Shown here: positions 1-7,916 of the stretch, piece by piece
How the letters are laid out: every line of letters begins with the position of its first letter
Numbering within the stretch: the first letter of the stretch is position 1
Source of the DNA: Pirellula staleyi DSM 6068
GTDB lineage: Bacteria; Planctomycetota; Planctomycetia; Pirellulales; Pirellulaceae
Reading direction: 5' to 3'
Assembly: GCA_000025185.1 (NCBI GenBank)
Contig: CP001848.1
Location: 5,250,001 to 5,282,000 of the forward strand
DNA: 32,000 nt
The notes under the pieces: generated by a model
What the model saw: the letters and a program-made list of their open reading frames with translations, nothing else
The model's database searches: none
Told to the model about the DNA's origin: nothing
Position numbers and translations under genes: made by a program

Positions 1-264
1 ACGCTCGGTTTGCCGCTGCAGATCTTGCACGCTTTGCTCCACTGCATTGGCAGCAGCCACAGCCGACTCGGCATCGGGGATGACGAGTGGAGCAGGGGCG
101 GCGATAGCAGCGGTCGGAAGAGGGGTCGCCGATTCGATGGCCCGTTTGGCCTGCGCTCCGACCACCATCACCAGAATGATCAGAATGCCAACGAGGTTGG
201 CCACGACGTCGAGGAACGAGTCGCCTCCTGGTGCTTCAGCCTGGTTTGCTCTGCGGCGTGCCAC
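1..264 (-). CDS. ExbD/TolR-like inner-membrane protein, 5' part only (88 codons; gene continues past the left edge)
   Basis: Absent from the ORF track because it runs off the window. A minus-strand GTG at 264-262 overlaps the TAG (266-264) of the upstream gene (ctaGTG). Hand translation: VARRRANQAEAPGGDSFLDVVANLVGILIILVMVVGAQAKRAIESATPLP...QDLQRQTER. It has a basic N-terminus and one TM helix carrying the ExbD/TolR-type membrane Asp (F-L-D-V-V), followed by an Ala/Gln-rich helix. The frame is open for all 264 nt. Confidence 0.6.
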   Translation of the reverse strand, partial: MARRRANQAEAPGGDSFLDVVANLVGILIILVMVVGAQAKRAIESATPLPTAAIAAPAPLVIPDAESAVAAANAVEQSVQDLQRQTER

Positions 265-2150
265 TAGCGTGTCTTTCTTTGCAGTTCGAAACCACTTCCC
301 TCGAGTGCACGCGAAAGTTCAACCACGCGCGGTTCGGCGTCGGGCGACACTTCCATCGAGAGGATCGGTTTCCAATAGCCATTGTTCACGGCAATGCCCC
401 ACGAGCTGATGCGCTTTTGAATGCTCGCAACCATCGCGTCGATCTCTTGCACCTGAATCTCGGGGGAGAGTGGAATCTCTTCTGAAATCCGGCCATCGCC
501 GCGCTCGGGGATCAACACCACGCGGTCGGGCAAAATCAGGACACGAATCGGTCGCGTGATTGCGGTTGCTTTACCGGCAGAATTCGGCAAGCCCCAGTTA
601 TTGGTGCCTCGCGCCAGCCCACTGCCAGCCGACTGCGAAGGGGCCCCATAGCGTTTTTGACTACCGCCACTCGTCGCAGGCTGACCACTCGCAGCAGACT
701 GACCACCGCTCGGCGCGCCACTGGTGCTGCCTTGTGGACGACCCGTCGATGATCCGCTGGTTCCCCCCGAGGCTGCATTGCCGCCAGCCACGCCCGAGGC
801 CTGGCCCCCCGAGGCATAGCGATTGCCAGCTGCCGTAGGCGAGCCACTCACATCGGTGCCACCACCGGCCGAACCGCCACCCGTCGAACCACTATTTTGT
901 TGTGCATACGGAGCCCCCACGGGGCCAATGTTGTTTGGCGATCCGCCAGCGGGATTCCCGAGCGAAGGCTGCATCGAAGAGCTGCTCCCCATGCCGTTGC
1001 CAGCGAGGCCATTGCCCCCTGTGCCAGTTCCGCCAGGAATGCCCGAAGGACTTCGCGAACTGCTGCCACCGGTGGCATACTGCGTTCGAGCGCCAGTCCC
1101 CATGCCAAAGCCGCCACCGGCATTGGGTCCACCAGCAGCGGCTGGATCGTAGCCTTCGAGACTCGATGGCGAGAAGGTGGTGAGCTGTTCTTCGTCTTGA
1201 TAGCGGCGCGGCATTGCGGCGGCGAAAGCGAGCTGACGTTTTCGGGCAAGCGAGACCTCGCGATTCAGCGTCTCGACGAGGGCCGGATCGGGATCGCCAT
1301 AAGCCAGTTTGGTATCGTCGTCGATCAGTTCGTAGCCAAATTCGTCTTCCCACGTTTTCATGGCCGACCGCGCGACGCTATAAGCCACCACGCCGCTCGG
1401 GCGAACGATCAGCAGCGGATAGGGCTCGGTCTTCGGACCAGCGGGCTGATTCCGCGCGATATGTTCGCGAATGGCTCGCAGCGTTGCATCGAGGGGATTG
1501 CCCGGTCCCATCGGTCCTTGGAAATCCTCGGGAGTGAGCACAATCCCTTCGGGCTGCACCACAATTCCCCGTTCGCTGCACTCGATATAGATCGGCCGTC
1601 GGCGCGTTCCGTTGGGGCCATCGTAGGGGAGCAGGGCATACCACTGCTCGCCCGTTTGCTGTTTCTTTTTGTCTTCGAGTTCTTTCTCGCGGCGGGCAAT
1701 TTCCGCCATCAAGCGCTCGGCTTCTTCGCGTGCTTTCGCGATTTCGCTATCGTCGAGCCGCTTGCCGCTGTCGATCTGGGCGGCTTGAGCCAGCAGTGCG
1801 CGAGCCTTCTCTTGCAAGTCGCGAATGTGACCTTCCAGATGGCTGAGTTCGTCGCGCGAACGGGCGAGTTCCTCTTGCACACTCGTGCGTGATTGCTCGA
1901 GGATCTCTTTACGCCAAACGGCGTCGTCGAGCACCTGCTTCAAGCGCGCAACGCGATCGAGGTCTTCTTGCGAAGGACCTGGTGGAATGGCTGCTTCCAC
2001 CTTCGCAGCTCGCTCGGCGATGGCCGACTTACGGGCTTGTTGCACCGTAAGGACCAGCAGCACGATGAGCGCACCCATGGTGCAAATGAGCACCGCGAGG
2101 AAGGGGAAGAGCGCAATCCCGATCACTTGCCGCCGATTGCGACGACTCAT
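264..2150 (-). CDS. Large ExbD-like membrane protein (628 aa): N-terminal TM, ~130-aa coiled coil, two ExbD/TolR-like globular domains separated by a ~190-aa Gly/Ser-rich linker
   Basis: The ATG at 2150 overlaps the upstream stop (ATGA). The N-terminus RRNRRQVIGIALFPFLAVLICTMGALIVLLVL resembles the ExbD TM, but Ala replaces the usual Asp. Residues ~36-165 are charged and heptad-like (EELARSRDELSHLEGHIRDLQEKARALL...). Residues ~183-280 (PIYIECSERGIVVQPEGIVL...YPLLIVRPSGVVAYSVARSAMKTWEDEFGYELI) and ~531-625 (PIRVLILPDRVVLIPERG...ILSMEVSPDAEPRVVELSRALEGSGFEL) both follow the ExbD C-terminal domain pattern. Confidence 0.8.
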   Translation of the reverse strand: MSRRNRRQVIGIALFPFLAVLICTMGALIVLLVLTVQQARKSAIAERAAKVEAAIPPGPSQEDLDRVARLKQVLDDAVWRKEILEQSRTSVQEELARSRDELSHLEGHIRDLQEKARALLAQAAQIDSGKRLDDSEIAKAREEAERLMAEIARREKELEDKKKQQTGEQWYALLPYDGPNGTRRRPIYIECSERGIVVQPEGIVLTPEDFQGPMGPGNPLDATLRAIREHIARNQPAGPKTEPYPLLIVRPSGVVAYSVARSAMKTWEDEFGYELIDDDTKLAYGDPDPALVETLNREVSLARKRQLAFAAAMPRRYQDEEQLTTFSPSSLEGYDPAAAGGPNAGGGFGMGTGARTQYATGGSSSRSPSGIPGGTGTGGNGLAGNGMGSSSSMQPSLGNPAGGSPNNIGPVGAPYAQQNSGSTGGGSAGGGTDVSGSPTAAGNRYASGGQASGVAGGNAASGGTSGSSTGRPQGSTSGAPSGGQSAASGQPATSGGSQKRYGAPSQSAGSGLARGTNNWGLPNSAGKATAITRPIRVLILPDRVVLIPERGDGRISEEIPLSPEIQVQEIDAMVASIQKRISSWGIAVNNGYWKPILSMEVSPDAEPRVVELSRALEGSGFELQRKTR

Positions 2151-3475
2151 GCCGCACGGCCTTTAGCAGGGGGTGATTTGAGATCGACCGACGACGCAGG
2201 TTGATGTCCAAGGCGAGCACTCAGCAGGTGAATTGCAGCCGAGAGGCTCATGACGGTTTCTTCGAAGTTGCGCGACCCGGCCAGCGCCGAGAGGTTGCTG
2301 TTCAGGGCATGCTCGAGCGCAGTGACTTCGCCCGCAGCACGCAGCACTTGCTGCATCACTTCCCCTTGCCGCACCATCTCTTGCTGCTGAGCATGGAGCA
2401 GACGCGCATTGTCGGAGAGGACGGTTTGCCACTGTTCCCAGCGACGCTGCAACTGTTCACCCGCATGCTGTTCGACGCGCGCCAGCTGCTTGTGATGTTC
2501 TTCGAGCGACTGCGAGAGGGCCGTTTGCAAGGCGCTCGTTAGCTGCTGCGAATTGCTGTCGGCCAGCTGCGACCATTGATTGTGCGCGGCATTCACCGTT
2601 TGCTGCCAAACTTCCACTTGGCGCTGCACCAGTTGCTGCGTCGCTTGCAGCACCGAGGTGGCCATGCGCTGCACAGCTGCCACTTGGGGATCGCCACCGG
2701 CCGATGATGTTTCGAAGCGCGTCAGCAGCTCTTCAGCCACACGCGCATCCACTTCAGCCAGTTGCTGCACTTCCACTCGATCCAAAAGGAACTGCAAAAA
2801 CATCAGGCCCATCGAGAACGAAAGAGCCACCGCCGTGGTATCAAACGCCACATACAAACCGCTGAGCAGCCCCTGCATGGCCGTTTCGATATCGCTGGCC
2901 AACGCCTTGGGATCAAGATCACCGAGGGCCTGCGTAATACCCATCACCGTACCGAGAAACCCGAGCATCGGGGTCGCCCAAATGACGATCCGGACGAGCG
3001 AATAACTATCTTGCTGACGCCCGACATCCATATCGGCGAGATACTTGAGTTCGGCATCGAGCCCCTCGACCGAATTCTTGCGCTCGATGGTTTCGAGGGC
3101 TTCGGTCAAACGTCGGCCGAGATAACTTTTGCGAACGCGCGAAGGCCACGCAGCTACGCGATCGAGCAGCGTTACAGCCACATCGGGGCCAGCATCTTTG
3201 GGCGTTTCCCCGAGATCGATCTGCGAAGAGATCCCAAGCTGCGCGAGGACCTCTTGTCCCTTCATCGCCAGCGCGACGAGCCCAATGAAGAAGAGGGCCG
3301 TTTCGACCATCGAAACCGGGTGACCCGCGAAATAGCGGAGGATCAGCGGATGCTCGAGCGGTCCGCCAAACACGAGGCCAAAGAAGCCAACCGTAATCCC
3401 GGTTCCCAGGATCAAAGGCCAGGCGAGTTGACCGAGCGTCGACAGAACATTGCCAGATGCAGAGTTTCGAGCCAC
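2147..3475 (-). CDS. MotA/TolQ/ExbB-family proton-channel protein (442 aa) with a ~210-aa C-terminal coiled-coil tail
   Basis: GTG start at 3475, preceded by AAGGAA about 6 nt upstream. Four predicted TMs with a large TM2-TM3 loop (MotA topology). Family signatures are IWATPMLGFLGTVMGI (TM3) and VAFDTTAVALSFSMGLMFL (TM4). Residues 233-442 are Gln/Leu/Ala/Glu-rich helix (QQLVQRQVEVWQQTVNAAHNQWSQL...). Confidence 0.9.
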   Translation of the reverse strand: MARNSASGNVLSTLGQLAWPLILGTGITVGFFGLVFGGPLEHPLILRYFAGHPVSMVETALFFIGLVALAMKGQEVLAQLGISSQIDLGETPKDAGPDVAVTLLDRVAAWPSRVRKSYLGRRLTEALETIERKNSVEGLDAELKYLADMDVGRQQDSYSLVRIVIWATPMLGFLGTVMGITQALGDLDPKALASDIETAMQGLLSGLYVAFDTTAVALSFSMGLMFLQFLLDRVEVQQLAEVDARVAEELLTRFETSSAGGDPQVAAVQRMATSVLQATQQLVQRQVEVWQQTVNAAHNQWSQLADSNSQQLTSALQTALSQSLEEHHKQLARVEQHAGEQLQRRWEQWQTVLSDNARLLHAQQQEMVRQGEVMQQVLRAAGEVTALEHALNSNLSALAGSRNFEETVMSLSAAIHLLSARLGHQPASSVDLKSPPAKGRAA

Positions 3476-4012
3476 CGGAGATTCCTTTCCCCAACCAGAA
3501 GCGAACTTCGAAACGGCCGCTGCGCAGGCGGTACCATTTCGCTCATCGTTAAAATCGACCTAATCGTCACACTTTATGAGCCCAGCTCGCCACAATTCTT
3601 GAAAACGGACTGCTGGCAGTGCTAGTGGCTGCAGCCAGCGTCGGCGCAGGACTCATTTCCTGGCAGACTCCGCTCGCTGGGTGCAGACCTTCGCGCAGCA
3701 TGACAACCTGGGGCTTCTAGTACTCAAAGCGCTGGGGCATGCCAAGAGCAACGACCGCTAGCAGTCGGCGTTGTAATTAAGAATGCAGCTGAGGAGGGGC
3801 TCAGTAGCGGCAAATCGCCCCAGCCGAGGCCGAGCATCAGCGGGGCAGATAAGGGAGTGTCTCAGATCAGCGCGCCACACCCCTCCGGAACATTCGGCAA
3901 ATATTGCCAAAGTTCAGGCAGGGGAAACGACGATTACTTCCTTCACACAAAATGGTTGATCGCTTGCGACACACTTGTCGCCTGCCAGCCACGAAGCGGC
4001 TCAAGAAATACA

Positions 4013-4043
4013 GAAAGGCCGGAAGTTTGGCTTCCGACCTTTC
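4013..4043 (-). terminator. Putative intrinsic terminator (minus strand)
   Basis: 13-bp stem gaaaggYcggaag / cttccgRcctttc with a 5-nt loop. The single non-Watson-Crick position is C.A on the plus strand but G.U on the minus strand. The minus-strand downstream sequence is T-rich (ctgtatttctt, complement of 4002-4012). Confidence 0.35.
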
Positions 4044-4071
4044 ATCGCGATAATCCCGGGGGGGACGATTG

Positions 4072-4118
4072 TCCGGGGTAGATCCTGCAAAGGATCTCCC
4101 CGGACTTTCTTATTTCTT
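4072..4118 (+). terminator. Putative intrinsic terminator (plus strand)
   Basis: tccgggg(t)agatcct-gcaa-aggatctccccgga forms a 14-bp stem with one bulged T and a GCAA tetraloop, followed by ctttcttatttctt. A weaker second hairpin plus T-tract follows at 4125-4156. Confidence 0.5.
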
Positions 4119-4380
4119 GACACCTCAGCGGCCGTTTCTTGCGGCTGATTTCTTCGCCAATTGTCGGGCGAGGATTGCTCCCTCCCACTTGGTTCGCCCC
4201 CCATCGAAAATCCAGTTCCCGTGGATGATGAGGTCTCTTCGAACGTCCGCAGTTGGAAGTCACTCGCGCCGCAAGTTCGCGAAAAAAACGTTGCCTTAGG
4301 CAGGTTTACCGCTTGCAGGCATCAAGCTCAGCTTTTATCGCACTAGCTTGGCCCTAGGTGAGCACTCGGAAGTGACTCAC

Positions 4381-4659
4381 TTAGAACCGCAGCTGAAACC
4401 CACCGCGTGGGCCGTAGATCTGCACACCACCTCGTGGATGCACATAGTACGGCTGGTAATACGGTCGGTAGGACTGATAGACCGGAGCCCGGTAAGGGTG
4501 GTAGTGGTACGGTGCTCGGTAGTACGAATGCACGTGACCATGCCCACGGTGGTAGTAGTTGTTGTAACGGGGTGGACCGCCCGCTTGTGCCTGACTCAGG
4601 CCCAAGCCACCAAGTGCGAGCGCGGTGAAGACCGCCAAAACCAAAAAGATCCGTTTCAT
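4381..4659 (-). CDS. Small secreted Tyr/His/Pro/Arg-rich protein (92 aa)
   Basis: I chose the internal ATG at 4659 (M47 of track ORF 4381..4797) because AGGA lies 8 nt upstream and the product starts with a signal peptide, MKRIFLVLAVFTALALGGLGLSQAQA. The mature 66 aa, GGPPRYNNYYHRGHGHVHSYYRAPYHYHPYRAPVYQSYRPYYQPYYVHPRGG..., contains 15 Tyr and 7 His. Confidence 0.6.
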   Translation of the reverse strand: MKRIFLVLAVFTALALGGLGLSQAQAGGPPRYNNYYHRGHGHVHSYYRAPYHYHPYRAPVYQSYRPYYQPYYVHPRGGVQIYGPRGGFQLRF

Positions 4660-4980
4660 TTGCGAGTTCCTTACGCTTGGCGTGAGAACAGGTGTTTTTC
4701 TTTGCTCAGGATCACACTGACCACTCGAGCCACGGAACCTACTTAACGCACCCCCTGTGCCAATCGGGGACCATTTATCGATAAACCACTGTGACATAAG
4801 GAGTTAGAAATCTCCCTAGTTGTGGCACGCTAGCGTGCCATGTTCAAAGACGTTGTCATTACGATGACAACCTGTCGTCGATACGACTGCGCGCCGAGCA
4901 CAACAGATGCTCATGTGTGGATAGCTTGATAAATTCTCTGCGGGCAATAGCACTGACAGAGTACGGGGCCTCGCACTACG

Positions 4981-6078
4981 ATGTCGGGGATGAAGAAACA
5001 TGCTCCACCCCCTCGGCAACTGACGCCCGGCCTCGTCCCCATTCCTCCTGCTCGCGAGCAGGAACAAATGCTCATCGAGCTCGTTCCTACGCTCCCCGCC
5101 GTAGCGATGATCGCGAACACGGTCGGTCGAGGGCAGCTGGCAGCCGCCTTTGCCGAGCAGAATCCCGACGTGCCAGTCACGCTGTTTCACGTCGATGCGT
5201 TTCACGCCGAGCAAAGCCGCGTGACCTACTTTCCCGCGCCGGGAAAGCTCGAAATCGTGCTCGCTTCTGATCCGCCTGTGGGTGAAGTGGGGCTCGCCGC
5301 GATGCTGGTCGAATTGCATGGCGAAGCCGAACTCGTGCGCGATCTGCTGCAAAGCTTTCACGATCGGCTCGCCATCGGTGGCCAACTGATCGCGGCGACC
5401 GATCATCCCAAAGACCAATGGCTGCACGAGCAACTGCTCGAGCTGTTTCCCAAAGTCACCCGTTTGCCACAAAAACGAGGCGTGGTCTATCGCGCGACCA
5501 AACAAGCGCCGCTGAAGAAGCATCGCTCGTTCGTGGCACAGTTTCCCTGCCGCGATGGCGATCATTTGCTGCAACTACAAACGCGCCCTGGTGTGTTTAA
5601 TCATCGCAGCGTCGATGCCGGTGCTCGCGCGCTGCTGAGTGCCGTGGAAGTGCGCGCGGGTGAAAGTGTGCTCGATATTGGCTGCGGCTGCGGCGTGGTG
5701 GGACTCGTGATTTGCAAACGCCTTCCCACGGCAACCGTGCTGGCCATCGACAGCCACTCGCGCGCGATTGAATGCACGCAGGCATCGGCCGAGCGGAACG
5801 AACTGCCGCAACTCACCGCGCGGCTCGATCCATCGCACAAGAGTGTCCCCGATGCTTCGTTCGATGTGGTGGCGATGAACCCACCTTACTTTTCGAACTT
5901 CCGCATCGCCGAACTCTTTTTGCAAACAGCCACCCGCGCGCTCAAGCCGGGTGGTCGGCTCTACAGCGTGACGAAAACGCCCGAATGGTATCTCGAGCGT
6001 CTGAAAGAGGGCTGGACCAACGTCGAAGCAGTGCCGGTGAAGAACTACATCGTTGTCCGTGCCGAGCGCAGCAAGTGA
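4981..6078 (+). CDS. Class I SAM-dependent methyltransferase, RsmC/RlmG-like (MTS-type, probable rRNA m2G methyltransferase)
   Basis: SAM motif I VLDIGCGCGVVGL and motif IV VVAMNPPYF sit in the C-terminal half. The N-terminal half looks like a degenerate methyltransferase domain, as in the two-domain RsmC/RlmG proteins. Length is 365 aa. Confidence 0.85.
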   Translation: MSGMKKHAPPPRQLTPGLVPIPPAREQEQMLIELVPTLPAVAMIANTVGRGQLAAAFAEQNPDVPVTLFHVDAFHAEQSRVTYFPAPGKLEIVLASDPPVGEVGLAAMLVELHGEAELVRDLLQSFHDRLAIGGQLIAATDHPKDQWLHEQLLELFPKVTRLPQKRGVVYRATKQAPLKKHRSFVAQFPCRDGDHLLQLQTRPGVFNHRSVDAGARALLSAVEVRAGESVLDIGCGCGVVGLVICKRLPTATVLAIDSHSRAIECTQASAERNELPQLTARLDPSHKSVPDASFDVVAMNPPYFSNFRIAELFLQTATRALKPGGRLYSVTKTPEWYLERLKEGWTNVEAVPVKNYIVVRAERSK

Positions 6079-6122
6079 TGCTTTTACTGCTGCATTAACA
6101 AGGTTCTCGCCGCGCGAAGCAG

Positions 6123-7916
6123 CTAGGCTGCGGCTTTGATTGGGCCTTTGGGGGTGCGCAGGTTGAAGAGCCCAAAGATTTCGCCTTGCGTGAGGCCGGC
6201 GCTCGATGGCTCGCCTGTTTGCGAGAGAATCGTGTTGAAGATCTCGCGCTTATGCTCGAGCACTTGATTGATCCGCTCTTCGATCGTCCCCATTGCCAGC
6301 ATGCGCGTGACTGTCACTGGTCCGGCTGCACCGATGCGATGTGCACGATTGATGGCCTGATCTTCAATCGCCGGATTCCACCAGCGGTCGAACAGAAACA
6401 CATACTCGCAGAACTGCAAGTTGAGTCCCACGCTACCAGCGCCATAGCTCATCAGCAGCACGCTGTGTTTCTTATCTTCCTTGAATTGCTTCAGGATCGG
6501 ATCCCGCTTTTTCGACGGGATTTGCCCGTGATAGGAGAGTGGATTAAACCGCTGTAGCTTCTCGGTGATTTGATCGAGACAACGGACCCACTGGCTAAAA
6601 ACGATCGCCTTTTTGCCACTAGCGGCCACCTCTTCGAGATCGGCTTCGAGGCGCTCGAGCTTGGCGCTACAACCTGTCACCGGATCAAAATTGCAGATCT
6701 GCTTGAGCCGCAGCACCAGTTCAAAAACGTGCTGAATGGTGATTTGATCTCCCATGTTGTTGAGATCCATCACCCCTTCCTTTTCGGCCATTTGATAAGT
6801 GGCCCACTGTTCCGGCGTGAGGTCGAGCTCTGCATCGCGAAACATCTTCGGCGGCATATCGGTGAGGACCATATCTTTGGTGCGACGCAAAATATAGTCG
6901 CGCACCAGTTCGCCGATCCGCTTGGCCGGAAGTCCCGTTTGCAAATAACCGGGCGATAGGTATTCGAAGATCCCGACGATATCGTCGGGCGTATTTTCGA
7001 TCGGTGTGCCGGTGAGTGCCCAGTTGCGCGTGCGGCGAATGTTGCGAATGATTTGGCTGGTGGTGTTGCTCGTGTTTTTCACGCGCTGCGCTTCGTCGAG
7101 CACCACCAAGTCGAAGTGCAAGTTGTCTTCCACCAGCTCACGATCGCGCATGATCAATTCGTAGTTCGCAATCTTGACCGGCGCGTTCTCTTGCTGCCAT
7201 TGCCAACTGCGGCGCTGCGAATCCCCTTCGATAATCGTGACCGGAATTTCGGGGGCCCAGGCGGTGAACTCGCGTTTCCAGTTCGTCACCAGCGGCTTGG
7301 GACAGATCAGCAGCACGCTGCGGATTTCGCCACTTCGCAGCAGCATGCGGACCGAGGTGATGGCCTGCATTGTTTTCCCCAGCCCCATTTCGTCGGCGAG
7401 CACAGCGGCATAGCGGGGATAGAGAAACGCAACTCCCTGGTACTGATACGGAAATGGCTCGAACGGAAAGTGCAGGGCATCACTTTGCACGAGTGTTTCG
7501 AGTGGCGGCTGCAGCACGTAGTACAAACGATCTTCGAGCTTGATGATGTCGCCCGGCGGCTTGATGCGCGTGATTTTATGGGGCGCTGGTTTCGGAGTTT
7601 CGTCGCTCGCGTCGGCTGCTGCCGCTGCTTCAGCTTCGGCGGGATCGACCGGCTTGGGCTCTTTCTTTTGGAGCGGCTGTGGTGCCATCCATGTCGGAGC
7701 TTCCGGAAACGTGAAGCTGATGACCTTGACCGGCGGTCGCGGAATTTTAAGCGACACGGCGCGCACTTCCGCATGGTCGAGCGACATCTGCTCGACACTG
7801 ATTTTGGGCAAGCGCGCAAGGGCCGAGGAGAGTCCTGAGGCAAACGTGTCGATCGCAAAGTTGAGATCGACCGAATGCAGGACAACGCTGGGAGTCTCGG
7901 TTGTCATGGAGTTCAC
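6123..7916 (-). CDS. SNF2/Rad54-family helicase-like ATPase (597 aa) with a ~150-aa uncharacterised N-terminal region
   Basis: Motif I LADEMGLGKT, motif II VVLDEAQRVKN, motif III ALTGTPIEN, and C-terminal lobe motifs GSVGLNLQ and DQAINRAHRIGA. The start is either GTG at 7916 (GTGA overlap with the upstream stop) or ATG at 7907. Confidence 0.9.
   Translation of the reverse strand: MNSMTTETPSVVLHSVDLNFAIDTFASGLSSALARLPKISVEQMSLDHAEVRAVSLKIPRPPVKVISFTFPEAPTWMAPQPLQKKEPKPVDPAEAEAAAAADASDETPKPAPHKITRIKPPGDIIKLEDRLYYVLQPPLETLVQSDALHFPFEPFPYQYQGVAFLYPRYAAVLADEMGLGKTMQAITSVRMLLRSGEIRSVLLICPKPLVTNWKREFTAWAPEIPVTIIEGDSQRRSWQWQQENAPVKIANYELIMRDRELVEDNLHFDLVVLDEAQRVKNTSNTTSQIIRNIRRTRNWALTGTPIENTPDDIVGIFEYLSPGYLQTGLPAKRIGELVRDYILRRTKDMVLTDMPPKMFRDAELDLTPEQWATYQMAEKEGVMDLNNMGDQITIQHVFELVLRLKQICNFDPVTGCSAKLERLEADLEEVAASGKKAIVFSQWVRCLDQITEKLQRFNPLSYHGQIPSKKRDPILKQFKEDKKHSVLLMSYGAGSVGLNLQFCEYVFLFDRWWNPAIEDQAINRAHRIGAAGPVTVTRMLAMGTIEERINQVLEHKREIFNTILSQTGEPSSAGLTQGEIFGLFNLRTPKGPIKAAA

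Noticed and set aside
897-1892. 331-aa plus-strand ORF, plus many smaller ORFs in 10-2220 and 2201-3625 (for example 2762..3625)
   Set aside because: These lie antisense or out of frame relative to the coupled MotA/ExbD-like genes. They arise from GC-rich and Gly/Ser-repeat coding sequence and have junk-like composition.
3857-4081. 74-aa plus-strand ORF (GTG start) in the long intergenic gap
   Set aside because: It runs through two hairpin or terminator structures, has no ribosome-binding site and has no protein-like composition. The region is treated as non-coding.
4099-4109. On the minus strand, GAAAGUCCGGG resembles the RNase P RNA CR-I/P4 motif, and ACAGAAAGGCCGG near 4010 loosely resembles CR-V
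   Set aside because: The two elements are only ~60-90 nt apart and on inconsistent strands. None of the other conserved RNase P regions is present. The motif is simply one arm of a terminator hairpin.
4816-5574. 252-aa minus-strand ORF
   Set aside because: It lies antisense to the methyltransferase gene, which carries the SAM-binding and NPPY/F motifs.
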